Shown: positions 27,334 through 41,782 of the stretch, piece after piece
Layout of the letters: every line of letters starts with the position of its first letter
How positions within the stretch are numbered: the first letter of the stretch is position 1
Assembly (NCBI RefSeq): GCF_006345805.1
Contig: NC_043000.1
Span: 77,996,001-78,060,000, forward strand
Source of the DNA: Octopus sinensis
Lineage: Eukaryota
Direction: 5' to 3'
Length of the DNA stretch: 64,000 nucleotides
Program-made: the position numbers and the translations under genes
Notes under the pieces: model-generated
Databases searched by the model: none
What the model saw: only the letters and a program-made list of their open reading frames with translations
What the model was told of the DNA's origin: nothing

Positions 27334-27416
27334 CCCATGTACGCGCGTTTCGGATTTAGATCGGTATAAAGAATATAGAATTATACTTTACCAACCATTT
27401 TCTTCATCAGCATGGG
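27334..27416 (-). ncRNA. Minimal type I hammerhead ribozyme
   Basis: Minus strand: CCCATG-CTGATGA-a...cc-GAAAC-GCGC-GTA-CATGGG. Perfect 6-bp stem I, intact core and palindromic stem III. Confidence 0.85.
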
Positions 27417-27794
27417 ACTTCGGTATGTGGTAAAGCAAATCTTTTCTGAACCCTAATTATAAAGTATTATTTAAGTTTACCGTGAAATGGTCCTTTTTCA
27501 TGCCGAATTCTAGTTGGTGAAATTATTGATTACTTCTTAATTAATTAATTTTACCCTTTGTTATTATTGATAATAGAGTTTTCTCCCTGATAACAAACTA
27601 CAGATTTTTTCTGTAGTATTTTACTTGACGACACACGCGGATGGGCAGGGGGAGATGATGAACCTCATTCATATTTTAAATTCGGCGGTATTAACACTGA
27701 ATATAATCTGTCTGATACCGTTAGGTGGAGAGATATGTTCAATTATTCCAGTACCATCGAATTTAATATTTTTAATATTTGATATTGTTGGAGT

Positions 27795-27877
27795 CCCATG
27801 CTGATGAAGAAAATGGTTGGTAAAGTATCATTCTATATTCTTTATACCGATCTAATTTCGAAACGCGCGTACTTGGG
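27795..27877 (+). ncRNA. Minimal type I hammerhead ribozyme
   Basis: CCCATG-CTGATGA-aGAAA...TTTC-GAAAC-GCGC-GTA-CTTGGG, with one mismatch in stem I. Confidence 0.83.
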
Positions 27878-28159
27878 TGATCAGATATTGATTGATTTTC
27901 GTTATTTTTCCTCTCTGCCTGCGTGGATTATTTTAAAATATTTTGGTTTTTCTGGGAGTCCCTTTTTAAAGTAGAAGAAATAGCTAAGGTTTTTTGGCTG
28001 CTATTTCTAAACTTCGGTATGTGGTAAATTAAATCTTTGCTGAACCCTAATTATAAAGTATTACTTAAGTTTAACCGTGAAATGGTCCTTTTTCATGCCG
28101 AATTCTACTTGGTGAAATTATTGATTACTTCTTAATTAATTAATTTTACCCTTTGTTAT

Positions 28160-28204
<45 letters not shown>

Positions 28205-28325
28205 TTTTATATATATATTATATGTATATATTGTATATATATATATGTTATATATATATATATGTATATTATATATATTATATATATTATATATATATAA
28301 TTATATATATATATATATATATACA

Positions 28326-28991
28326 TAATTAATATCTTAGGGTAGCAAGAATGTTCATCGAAAAATTCTTAGTTACCAGTGGTCTAGCGAGAAAGAAAAA
28401 ATTAGTCAATAGACTATATATTATTCAGAGAAGAATACAGTGTACGTTCAAACACAAAAGAGATACTTTCGGAATTGCAACAATTGGTGGCTTGGAGTTT
28501 TAACTGCTCTTTCTAGCGAGTCAGATATCCTATTCTTCAGGTATCTATTTTGTGTTCGAACGTACACTGTATTCTTCTCTGAATAATATATAGTCTATTG
28601 ACTAATTTTTTCTTTCTCGCTAGACCACTGGTAACTAAGAATTTTTCGATGAATATTCTTGTTACCCTAAGATTTTAATTAATGATAAGATGTTTTTTGG
28701 CTAATTCTGGAAGAAAATCGGCAATTTATAATTAGTGCTGGTTGAGTTCTGCTTCTACGCGGTAAATTCGAAAAATTAGAACCTATAGTCACGTGGCAGG
28801 TTATTTATCGCTTCGTGCCTATATGTTCAGTCCTGGTAAACTACTGAAGAAGCAGCGTCAGATATAGACTGAAATTATTTTATTTCAGTCTGTATTTAAG
28901 TCTGCAGAAACCTTGCAGGATCTAGGATTAAGGTAAAAGTTTTTATTTTCCAATCACTTTCGGAATTACAACAATTGGTGGCTCGGAGTTT

Positions 28992-28996
<5 letters not shown>
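28326..28996 (+). mobile_element. HHR-bearing element (family B variant): ~491-bp unit, short terminal tandem, inverted 5' arm
   Basis: 28465-28506 is repeated at 28956-28996, and 28326-28465 is inverted at 28540-28684. HHR-like 28841-28925: CTA-CTGAAGA-aGCAG..long hairpin..CTGCa-GAAA-ccttgcagga-TC-TAG. Embedded in (TA)n. Confidence 0.75.
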
Positions 28997-29053
<57 letters not shown>

Positions 29054-29459
29054 CCAAATCAAAAATAAACCCACATACTAAGCGAACAAAGATGAATCAT
29101 CCCACATCTTTTGGACGCGCACACGCACACACACACATTCACATACCCCCTTTTTACATGCACACACATATTCAACGCTATTTGATTTATTTTTTCAGCA
29201 TACAATTTTCATCATCCCACTACCCAGTATGACATTATCCCTTCCTTATTCATCTATCACCCCTTCCTTTCTCATTCATAAACAGAAGAGTTTTATTATA
29301 GTAGATTATCTCGGTAACTATGGGAGCTATGAAAAGAAATACAAAGCCCAGCATCACCACCGGATCATTGTACACATCTATGTAATGTTTCGTGCAATTC
29401 CACCAAGCCATTTGACAGTGAATCCCAAGACAAGAAAGAATCGCCCATGCCAAATTTAT

Positions 29460-30260
<801 letters not shown>

Positions 30261-30264
30261 TAGG

Positions 30265-31020
30265 ACAGGAAGTTAAACACAGAGACACTCACACAGATAC
30301 ACACAGACACAAAAACTCAACTTGTGTGTCTGGGTGTGTATCTGGGTGTGTGTCTGTGTGTTTAACTTCCCGGCACATCTCCTCCTAGCCAACAAATCGT
30401 AGAACCACCAAAAATGGCTCACTTAAAGTTTAGGCGAATGAAAATTGAACTGCGCTATTTCTGTTCCGGAATTCATCTCGCAAGTGCAAAAATCGATAAT
30501 GTGTTTGTTTAGGCCTTATCCTATGCATTGAATAGTGAACTTTACTCAGTCAGCTGTTTGACGTGAACTGTGTTCACCACGCGTGCAAGCATGTGTAATT
30601 TGCATGAAAAATAAAAAATCAAGATATAAAAACGAATCGCCGTAAACATTGTAGCAATTCGGCAAAGAAATGAATTTTAGGGATGTAGCCTGGAGGGTTT
30701 TTTCGTATTAATCGTTTGGACTTTGTGAACACATACCAATTGTTTTCATAACATTTTTAACGCTTTGAATTAAATGTGACCATTTTTCGTTGAGTCTGCA
30801 GTTTGAATCACTTTATCCAAATTTTAGCAGGCCGGATTTTTGATCATCACGATACATCGCCAGCGACTCTCTGAAACTCTCCCTTGAAATCCCCGTTGAG
30901 AAATCTATATATATAAAACACAACTTGTGTGTCTGTGTGTGTATCTGTGTGTGTGCCTGTGTGTTTAACTTTTGGATCTACCAAGTTTCATTATCAATGA
31001 TGGAAAGTAGTGTGTAGCAA
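30265..31020 (+). mobile_element. Helitron-like non-autonomous fragments
   Basis: TCTATATATATAAAACACAACTTGTGTGTC 5' end at ~30904, related copy at ~30310 and inverted piece at 30265-30310. Confidence 0.5.
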
Positions 31021-31021
31021 A

Positions 31022-31409
31022 TCTATATATATAAAGCTGAAGTTGTCTGTGTGTGACAGGTTTGTAGCCTTCAACTAATACTATCGCCTTCGAGACCCTG
31101 CAGCGCAAGGTGACCAAAATTGAGAGTATGATATAAGAAGGCTTGCTCTTCATTATGTAGAAGATAAAATTCAAATCGGACCACGTTAACACCAAAAATT
31201 ATTTACATCAAAAAGGTGCTTTTTTTCTATGAAAATCTTTATTTTTTACGATTTTTGATTGCTGTGTCACCATTTTTCGGTGTATTTCAACTGGAAAAAT
31301 GTTCACTTGAAGAGAATAACAAGTTGCATAATGCAAAACTTTTACTTTTCAAATATTTTAATTCTAAAGGGTCGAAACAAACCCAAGCAACACCGGGTGA
31401 TACTGCTAG
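31022..31409 (+). mobile_element. Non-autonomous Helitron
   Basis: A|TC start, subterminal hairpin CCCAAGCAACACCGGG and CTAG|T end. Confidence 0.8.
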
Positions 31410-31457
31410 TATATATAATATATATATATATATATAATATATATATATATATATACT

Positions 31458-32066
31458 TTCAACAATATTAAGGAATGGCCTTGATAGGCCATTCGATCCA
31501 CTAGAAAGAGCAGCTAAACTCAAACCGCTAAATAGTTGTAATTCAGAAACCAAAGGAAAATAAAAACATTTACCCTTATCATCTTTGGACTATGCATAGT
31601 TTCGACATACATATTGTGAAACCGATTTAATTAAATTAAATTTAATTTATTTGCCACTGGCTTGTCTCATCAGCAAGGAAGCCAGGGAAATATATATCCA
31701 CGAGACAACAGCATCGACGCCTCGAGAATATATATTCTAAATTTTCAAAATCTACCGTCACCGCGCCAACTTCTCGGCAGCAAATATAAACTGCTGATTT
31801 AATTTCGGAATTAGCCAAAAAATCATTAATTAATCAATATCAGGGTAGCAAAAAATTCAAGAGAAATTATTTCGCTACCAGCGGTCCAGTGAGAAAGAAA
31901 AAGTAGTCAACAGACTATATAATATACATTCAACAATATTAAGGAATGGCCTTGATAGGCCATTCGACCCACTAGAAAGAGCAGCTAAACTCAAACCACT
32001 AAATAGTTGTAATTCAGAAATCAAAGGAAAACAAAAACATTTACCCTTATCATCTTTGGACTGCAT
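31458..32066 (-). mobile_element. HHR-bearing element (family B): ~471-bp unit as a 1.3-mer tandem
   Basis: 31458-31597 is repeated at 31929-32066. Homologous to 54341-54805 and 28465-28996. Confidence 0.8.
31583..31678 (-). ncRNA. Type I hammerhead ribozyme with intact core
   Basis: Minus strand: ccTTG-CTGATGA-GACA...TGTC-GAAAC-TATGCATA-GTC-CAAag. Palindromic stem III ACTATGCATAGT. Confidence 0.85.
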
Positions 32067-32565
32067 GTATGTATGTATGTATACATATATATATGTACAT
32101 GTTATCAACCGCACATATTCAATGTATGTGTTTTGCTTGTTTGCAGGTTCGCTGCGGTAAAGTGCCTCAAGAACGGCTCCCTCATTGCATGAGTGTTAAA
32201 ACACCTGGAAGTTATCGACAGGCGAGATAACTCACCCCAGATCCCATTTAGACGTGATGGATACCGATATTTAGCTTTTTACACTAATTTATATTGTCAT
32301 GGAGTTCCAATTCATGTCATCTCTGGTTCGATTCAGGTACATGACATGATAAGCTACAAAAATGGTGAAATATCGGTATACATCTGGAACGAGTTGTCTC
32401 ACATGTCTATGGCTTTCAGGTATTTTAATATCCAGTACAATGAGGGAATCGTCCATGAGGCGCTTTACCGCAACGAACCGGTAAACAAAGCATATACATT
32501 GAGTGTGTGCCATTGACAATGGTTACTACAATAGCGCTGCTTTGAATTCGTTACTGAAAATATAC

Positions 32566-32596
<31 letters not shown>

Positions 32597-33127
32597 TGTA
32601 TGTATGTATGTATGTATGTATGTATATAGGAAACATCCAGGGGAATAATTACAACGTAGCTAAATGTTGCTTAAGTGTCTCAGGATTTAATTCCGGGTAG
32701 TAAGTCGTATTTAGTAGAAAGAAGGAAAATTAAACAGTGTGTGTGTGTGCACGAGTAAGCACATAAATGCAAATCAAGGTGGAGAAAAATAGTACTCGAA
32801 TACCAAAGGTAGAGTAATATGCTTTTTTCTTGTTAAAGCTGCAAAAACATCACAAAAACTCAGAGTTTTACGTTCACGTTCGACGGGTAGTTGTGATCAA
32901 GTTTCTTGACATAGTTTTCTTTGTACGTAGTTTTTGTTGTTAAATACTCTGAATTTCTCTCAATTATGCAAAAGGAGTTGGATTTACCCATCATGCATGG
33001 GGAATTTCCTAGGATGTGTATTCTACTTACATTTACTGGTATCTGATTGGTGAACATTTAGCCAAATTCTTTTAATACTCGGTGTTTGATATCTGACACG
33101 ATTTTTAATCCCATTTTTTCTTCTATA

Positions 33128-33202
<75 letters not shown>

Positions 33203-34278
33203 ATGTGTGTGTGTGTGTGTGTGTGTCTGTGTGTGTGTGTGCGTGTGTGCGTGCGTGTTTGTGTAAGTGTGTGTGATAACCGCTTAGCCACTATTGTTCC
33301 CATAGCTACTCTGACCCGAAATAGTAGTAGCTGCCACAGTCCCAGTTATGGGTTAACTACTAGCACCTGAGTGCGGTGAGGCAGAAATACCCTTTTATCA
33401 CATAGAGAGGAATTCTATTATGTAAAACGTAGTTTCTCGTGCCTTCTGTTCACCCTGTTCCAGCCTGTCACTAGGCACTAATCACGGAAACTCAGAAGGT
33501 GTTACTCGTGTTGCTGAAGTGTTTATCACTATACCCAAACGAACAGATGTCTCTTTATCGTGCCATCGTCTGTCGTTTGTCATTTCATTTACTGCAACTC
33601 CTATGGCGATGCAGGAGCGGTGATGTGCGCAGATCTTAGCGTTGTTGTGTCTTCCGGTAACAAGGACCAACTCCGGTGGATATTTGTGTGATTGAGCAGC
33701 TTCTTTTTAGAGAAAGCACTGCTCACCCAAGTTCTAGAGAAAATACTAGAAAAGAAGATGCTAAAAATTGCCTATCACATCGACGCTAGTTAGCTTCCTG
33801 CAGTAGTTCATTCGGTTAGGTATCTCCGAGGAAGATCAGCTTACAATCCCTCGCTCCCAATTCAACCTCTTTTTTTTCCTTAAGATCGTCACATAACACT
33901 CCAATATTGGTTTCAGGAACATATGCTATCCCATATAATACTAAAAATATCGGTATTTTTGTCATTTTGGTTATTTTTGTTCTATCTGAAACATTTTCAA
34001 ACATGCTGAAATGATCTTTTATTTATTCTTTCTTATAGTATTAATTTGTAATTCAAAATATCATCTCTTCTTCTTTTTTTTGTTACATTGCTCAGCTGTT
34101 TGAGTTCTATTTCGCAACATTTTCATTTTGTTTTTTCATTCGTTCATTTTTTTTTCTCTTGTCACTATTCTAATTGAAAAGTGTAATGGCTAGACATGTA
34201 GACGTTTATGTTTAATACATGTACATAAATACATTTATACATACATATGGATAAAAATCTTTATCTCTCTATCTGACC

Positions 34279-34322
<44 letters not shown>

Positions 34323-34662
34323 GTGTGTAAGTGTGTGTGTCTATGTATATGCACATACATGTTTGTGTGTATGCATGTATGTGTGTACGTATGTATTTAT
34401 GTATGTGTGTATGTGTGTATGTATGTATGTGTGTACGTACTATGTCACACAAAATTTGAGATGGAAGTTGCAAACTAAGAGAGCAGGTATGTGCTAAGAA
34501 GCATTGCTTGTATGTCGAATAGTTTTATGTGTTTGCTTTTTTTTTCTCTTGTCAAAATCTATTAAATTAATGTAAATTGATATCTAAGGAAATTCTAAAA
34601 CCATTTAAAATGAATTTATATATAAAATTATATGCATATACAGTATGTGTATATATACATAC

Positions 34663-34753
<91 letters not shown>

Positions 34754-34779
34754 CAGACAGTTAATACATATATATTGTA

Positions 34780-34996
34780 TACTCTTTTACTCTTTTAGTT
34801 GTTTCAGTCATTTGACTGCGGCCATGCTGGAGCACCACCTTTAGTCGAGCAAATCGACCCCGGGACTTATTCTGTGTAAGCCCAGTACTTATTCTATCGG
34901 ACTCTTTTGCCGAACCGCTAAGTGACGGGGACGTAAACACACCAGCATCGGTTATCAAGCAATGCTAGGGAGACAAACACAGACACACAAACATAT

Positions 34997-35074
<78 letters not shown>

Positions 35075-35665
35075 TACGACAGGCTTCTTTCAGTTTCCGT
35101 CTACCAAATCCACTCACAAGGCATTGGTCGGCGCGGGTCTATAGCAGAAGACACTTGCCCAAGATGCCACGCAGTGGGACTGAACCCGGAACCACGTGGT
35201 TGGTAAGCAAGCTACTTACTACACATATATAATAATGGCTGTGTGGCAAGAAGCTTGCTTCCCAACCACATGGTTCCGGGCTCAGTTCCACTGCGTGACA
35301 CTTTGGGCGAGCGTCTTCTACTATAGCCTCGGGCCGACCAAAGCCTTGTGAGTGGATTTGGTAGACGGAAACTAAAAAGAGCCCGTCGTACTTATATATA
35401 TATGTGAGTGTGTGTGTGTGTGTGTGTGTATGTGTGCGCGCGTGTGTCTGTATGTGTGCGCGTGTGTGTGAGTTTCTGTTTGTCCACCCACCATCGCTTG
35501 ACAACCACTGTTGGTATATTTACATCCCCGAAACTTAGCGGTTCGGCAAAAGTGACCGACTAAAATGTACTACACTTACAAAGAATAAGTCCTGGGGTCG
35601 ATTCGTACGACTGAAGGGTGTGCTCCAGCATGACCGCTGTCAAGAATAAAAGTAAAAGAATAAAA
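34780..35665. mobile_element. Cluster of tRNA-type SINE copies with internal microsatellites (Octopus-like), in opposite orientations
   Basis: CAGTCATTTGACTGCGGCCATGCTGGAGCACC...GCCGAACCGCTAAG and TTCCGTCTACCAAATCCACTCACAAGGC...GAACCCGGAACCAC. Related copies at 38050-38250 and 54120-54968. Confidence 0.75.
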
Positions 35666-35738
35666 GAATTATATTATAATTTACCTATGAGGTTTTATTT
35701 CCGCACTGGCCACTTGGTAAAATCATTTATTCTTTTGC

Positions 35739-36632
<894 letters not shown>

Positions 36633-36668
36633 TATTATTATTATTATTACTATTATTATTATTATTAC

Positions 36669-36711
<43 letters not shown>

Positions 36712-36750
36712 TTTTTATTTTTTTTTATTATTATATATATATATGTGTGT

Positions 36751-36787
<37 letters not shown>

Positions 36788-36903
36788 GTAGTAGTAACAG
36801 AAAAGAGGAATTTCGATTATCCCTACGTTGTGATTTGTAATGTATATAAGAAATTAAAAAAGGAAAATACGCTCACTTACATAGTTTTAATATAATTTTT
36901 AAT

Positions 36904-36938
36904 ATATCGACCGGTTTCGCTATCGCTATTCATGATAT
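36904..36938 (-). ncRNA. Ultra-minimal hammerhead-like motif with A3-U8 core variant
   Basis: Minus strand: ATATC-ATGAATA-GC gata GC-GAAAC-CG-GTC-GATAT. Confidence 0.6.
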
Positions 36939-36939
36939 T

Positions 36940-37760
36940 CAACACACAACCCCAGAAACAGTGAGGCATTCAACACTATTGTGCAAACTGTCCCTTTACT
37001 AACTAGAGATCCAAAAATGAACGACATCCTGAAAACACACAAACTCATCAAATGCAAAGAACAAGACAAATCGCTAAAGAGACTACTAACAAATGCGAAG
37101 CTTTACAAAACAACCACGAAACCAACGGTTGAAAAATGTGGACGCCCAAACTGTGGAACCTGCCCCAACCTACTTGAAGGCTCGCATTTCCTTCTCAAAC
37201 AAGGACAGAGGTTCACAAAACTAGTTTCACCTGTGCCTCTGAGAACCTAATTTATGTAATAACCTGCTCGGGTTGCGATCATCAGTACATTGGACAAACG
37301 AGTATGACCTTGAGAAAGAGAATCACTCTACATAAGGAGCAAATCCGTTTCCCGCAATACAGACAAATTCCTCTCAGTGAACACATAGAAAAATGTGCAG
37401 GTAACATCAAACCAAATGTCACAGTCTTCCCTTTCTACCAGTGCAAAGACGCAATCTCTCAACTAGAACGTTTAAATAAAGAAACTTTTTTCATTGAAAA
37501 ATACAAAACACGTCTTAATATGCACGCATAACCAACTTTTATATTTTTACAATTTCCATTCACGATTAGATCACTGTACATAAATCCCCTACTAAACAAG
37601 GTTTTTTAAAACCTGTCTCTGTTCTGTACACATATTTAATCCCCACCCATTACCGAAAGCTGAGCAGTTATCTCCCTTACACACAACTATAACAATACTA
37701 ACAACCAATTACCTCCCTTTATTTATCTACTTGTGATAAATTTCATCACACACAACATGG
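36940..37760 (+). mobile_element. Penelope-like element 3' part (GIY-YIG endonuclease, Neptune-like)
   Basis: KCGRPNCGTC linker, then across a frameshift FTCASENLIYVITCSGCDHQYIGQTSMTLRKRITLH...RLNKETFFIEKYK. Confidence 0.85.
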
Positions 37761-38049
37761 ACCAACTTTCTTCTTAAGAAAAAGTATATACGCTCTTCCA
37801 CAGAAAGGAACACAGAAAGAAACAAGGAGAGAAAATAAAGAGAGAAAATAAAGAATATCTAGTGGCTAGCGATCTACCAACATCGGTTGACAAGCGATGG
37901 AGGGAGGACAAACACAGACACACGAACACACACACACACACACACATATGTATATAAATAAGGATAAGATCGTTATTTAAAATCCCGATCATATCAAGTG
38001 GCCAGTAATGTATATGTGTGTGTTTGTGTGTGTGTGTGGTGTGTGTGTG

Positions 38050-38250
38050 TGTTCGTGTGTCTGTGTTTGTCCCCTTCCATCGCTTGTCAACCGGTGTTGG
38101 TGTGTTTATGTCCCTGTAACTTAGTGCTTCGGCAAAAGAGATCGATAGAATAAGTACCGGGATTACAAAGAATAAGTCCTGGGGTTGATTTCTTCGAATG
38201 AAAGGCATGGCCACAGTCTAATGACTGAAACAAATAAAAGAATAAAAGAA
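38050..38250 (+). mobile_element. SINE 3' half
   Basis: Reverse complement of 34780-34985 and direct match to 35470-35665. Confidence 0.7.
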
Positions 38251-40594
38251 TACAATCTACAGAGATAGTTTCTGTTGTTTTATTACTTGATTACGTTAGT
38301 TCTCAAGGCTTGTTGTTGAGTAGCAGAGATCAAGCCTTCTGTCTCCTTGAAAAATCTGTCTTAACCATATCCAGGGTTCTACATCAGCTACCGCTGATTT
38401 TCCACGTAGAACTTTCTCTTTCCAGTTATTGAACTTTTTCTCATAAGTTCCCTTTTTGTACTCCTAAGATCCTTTTCTTCATTACAAATCACTTCACACA
38501 TTGCGGCTTACCGCATCCAATTGTAGTTCTCCCTAAGACAGACATACAATGTGTACTCCTTCCTAACACTCTTTTCTTCGGGCTTTTGGTTTATATGTCA
38601 CACTTGTTCGTTGACGTTTTTATTGATGTCTACCGCAACTCGTAGCATAACAAGAGAATTCCTATCTTTTGTGAAGCAAAGTTGGTGGTGCAGGTTGCTG
38701 CTAAGAAAGGGCCCGAACAAAGTGAAAGGGACGCGTTCCACTGTTAGTCGGTCACTCTACTGTCAATACCCGCTATGTGGAGGACTGGACATGCGTGTTC
38801 AGTCCTTTGTTCTAAAAGATTAACCCGTTCTTTCCAGCACTGTAAAATTTCAGCGACATGTATATATGTGTGTACATATATGCGCACATATATGCTTGTG
38901 TGAGTGTGGGCCTGTGTCTGTGTGTGAGCCTCTGTCTGTGAGCCTTTGTGTGTGCGTGTAAAAATATATGTAAGCGTATGTGTCCAAATCTGTCCATACG
39001 TGTATTTGTTTGTGTGGACGTGTTGCGTAGGTTTCTTAGAATATATGTGCATATGCGTTTATGGGGCTATACTTACCAACACACAGATATATACATACAT
39101 GCATACGTACACACATATATAAGACCTAATGGATATACTGTTTGTAACTTCTCATTTACTTTTCTTTGTTACCTTATTGCTTTAACACACACACACAAAC
39201 ACACACATACATACACACACACATATATCTTTGTTTCTCCTTTATAAATACCAAAATGATATTAACCTCATACAGTATATGAAGGTATTTTCCACATACC
39301 CAAAAATGATTTTAATGAGACTCATATTTATTGTCATTATTAGTGGATAAATATAAAATCGTTACATAGTAAATACATAGTATTTGTCATCTCATGCACT
39401 ATGTTCAGCTATATAATGATAGATCAGTTTCTAGTGTTTGTAACTCTGAAAACTTTTATAAGAACCAGGCTTGAAAATATACTCCGAAGCTTGAAGAAAA
39501 GAAAAATCTAAAATCAGCTTCGATGGAAATGTATTATGAAAATGTGTAAATAATGTGAAAATAAAGTTGTAAAGATGGGATTACTTGAATGGGACTGTAT
39601 TTGTTCTTGTTTGACAATATGTAAATAAATGTCCAGCACTAATACGCTAAAGGATATACAAATATCTTGACTTCCTTTAATACATATTTGAGTTCGTTCA
39701 ATATTTCAGTAAACTGATACACCATGAAGAATTAAAAGGTCTGGCGCTTTGGATATGTGTTCATCCTCAGAGACAGAGAATATATAAAGGCATTTGTGAT
39801 CTTTGTTGCAAAATTGTCATCTGACTTATGTTTTCATTTTACTCTGACAACCACCACCATCACCCCACTTCCCTCTGATTTATTGTACAAGCATAAGTTT
39901 ATCTTAAGAATTTGGTTCTGTTTACAACATTAAGATACAATATTCATGCTCCCTTTTGCGGGGAACATAAGCGATCATCATCAACATATTATCTCCAATA
40001 TCGTCAATACTCGAATCTAACATGACACTAGGACACCACTAACGGTCACTGGAGATTCTCTTCATTCACTCCAGTTTTCGACATCATCTGAGAGATACAG
40101 ATCATAACAACTCATTCTACAATCTATCTTACTGTCAACGAATTCTTCCAAGAGGATCACGACAACATTTTAATAGATCGTCCACCATTCACACAATCCA
40201 ACACTTCTGATAACCTCACCAACGGAACACCGAACTGCATTACTTCCGCAGATTGGAGCGAGAAAAGAGACTAAGTGACGTGAATGACTTCTTTAAAATG
40301 ATTATAAATTTCCAAACTTTGTCACAAGGCCAGTAATTTCGGGGGTGAGAGTAAATCGATTACACCAACCTCAAAGTTCAACTGGTATTTATTCTATCGA
40401 CCCTGAAAGAATGAAAGGCAAAGTCAACCTTGGCGGAAGTTGAACTCAGAACGTAAAAACGGACGAAATGCCCGGCTTACTAAAGATTCTGCCAGTTCCA
40501 CGCTTTGGCTAATTCAAAATATTGGTTTCAAATTTTGGCACAAGGCCAGCCACTTTGTGAGAGAGATGCAAGTCGGTTATATCGACTCCAATGC

Positions 40595-41250
40595 TCATGG
40601 CTGACGGCCGGTAACTTGAAACGAGAAATCGAAGCGCTAATTATGACCATTCAGCAACAAGCCATTGAGATAAATCACATAAAGGCAAATATTGACAAAA
40701 CTCAGAGAGGGAGCCAACGCTGAATCTGTGGGAAAGGAGACGAAAGCATCAACAATCTTGAATGAAAGCAGGAAAGCTGCACAAAAAGAATGAAAGAGCA
40801 AGCACGACTGCGTAAATAAAAGAGTGCATTGAAATGTTAACCAAGTGTGTGGCTTCGAAATAACAGAAAATTGGTATGAACATGAACCAGAGGATGTGAC
40901 AAAATATAAATTACAGGATTTTATGGGACTTTCCCATAAAGATGACCATATTATTGAAGCAAGGAGACTAGATATTACTATAAAGAGGACAAAAGGAACA
41001 ATATATGATCACAGACTTCACAATACCATATAATAGGATGGATGCGGAAGAAGTTGAAAAACTAAGAAATATTAGATCCTAGTCTGAGAGATGAAGAGAT
41101 TGTGGAAGACTAAGCTGACAATTATTTCTTTGGTAATTGGTGCATTCGGTACAAGACCCAAATTGCTACCTAACAGAGTGAAAGAGAGAAAAGTGAAAAA
41201 CATGTATTCTGAAAATATTCAAAGAGGGCTTCTTGAGGTTTGAGAAAACT
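40595..41250 (+). mobile_element. Highly decayed R4/Dong-type LINE fragment
   Basis: WLTAGNLKREIEALIMTIQQQAI, WYEHEPE, DHIIEARRLDI and LVIGAFG remnants. Confidence 0.7.
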
Positions 41251-41440
41251 TGTCACAAATCCTCAGTGCGACTTGCTAACTAAGGTTGCATATAATAGTT
41301 TCAATAATACTTTATTTACCACAGTGGCGATATTGAATGACATCGCAATGGTAGAATGATAAAACAGTGTTTCGGTGATAAAGAAATCGAGGGAAAATAT
41401 GTAATAATTAGAATGAAAGGAAAAATATACATGCATTTCA

Positions 41441-41496
<56 letters not shown>

Positions 41497-41513
41497 ATAT
41501 ATACCTATATATA

Positions 41514-41601
<88 letters not shown>

Positions 41602-41737
41602 TTATATATATATATATATCGTTATATTTCGGAATGGTCATTTTGCCAGTTTAGCCAATAAAAACACACGCACTATATATTTGGTGTTATTTTGCTTCAG
41701 TGTTATTTATTTTTTACATTAATCTTAATCTTATTTC

Positions 41738-41782
41738 GGCCAGAGTTCTTTCGTCACACTCCTGTGACCGCATCAGTGGTCC
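41738..41782 (-). ncRNA. Hammerhead-like motif in PLE pLTR (variant core CUGAUGCG)
   Basis: Minus strand: GGACCA-CTGATGCG-GTCACA ggag TGTGAC-GAAA-GAAC-TC-TGGCC. Confidence 0.65.

Larger units (their letters stand above)
27151..28163 (+). mobile_element. Non-coding HHR-bearing PLE/retrozyme-like element (family A): ~594-bp unit with partial tandem and inverted 5' arm
   Basis: 27417-27568 is repeated at 28011-28163. 27151-27419 is the reverse complement of 27792-28060. Flanked by (TA)n. Confidence 0.8.
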
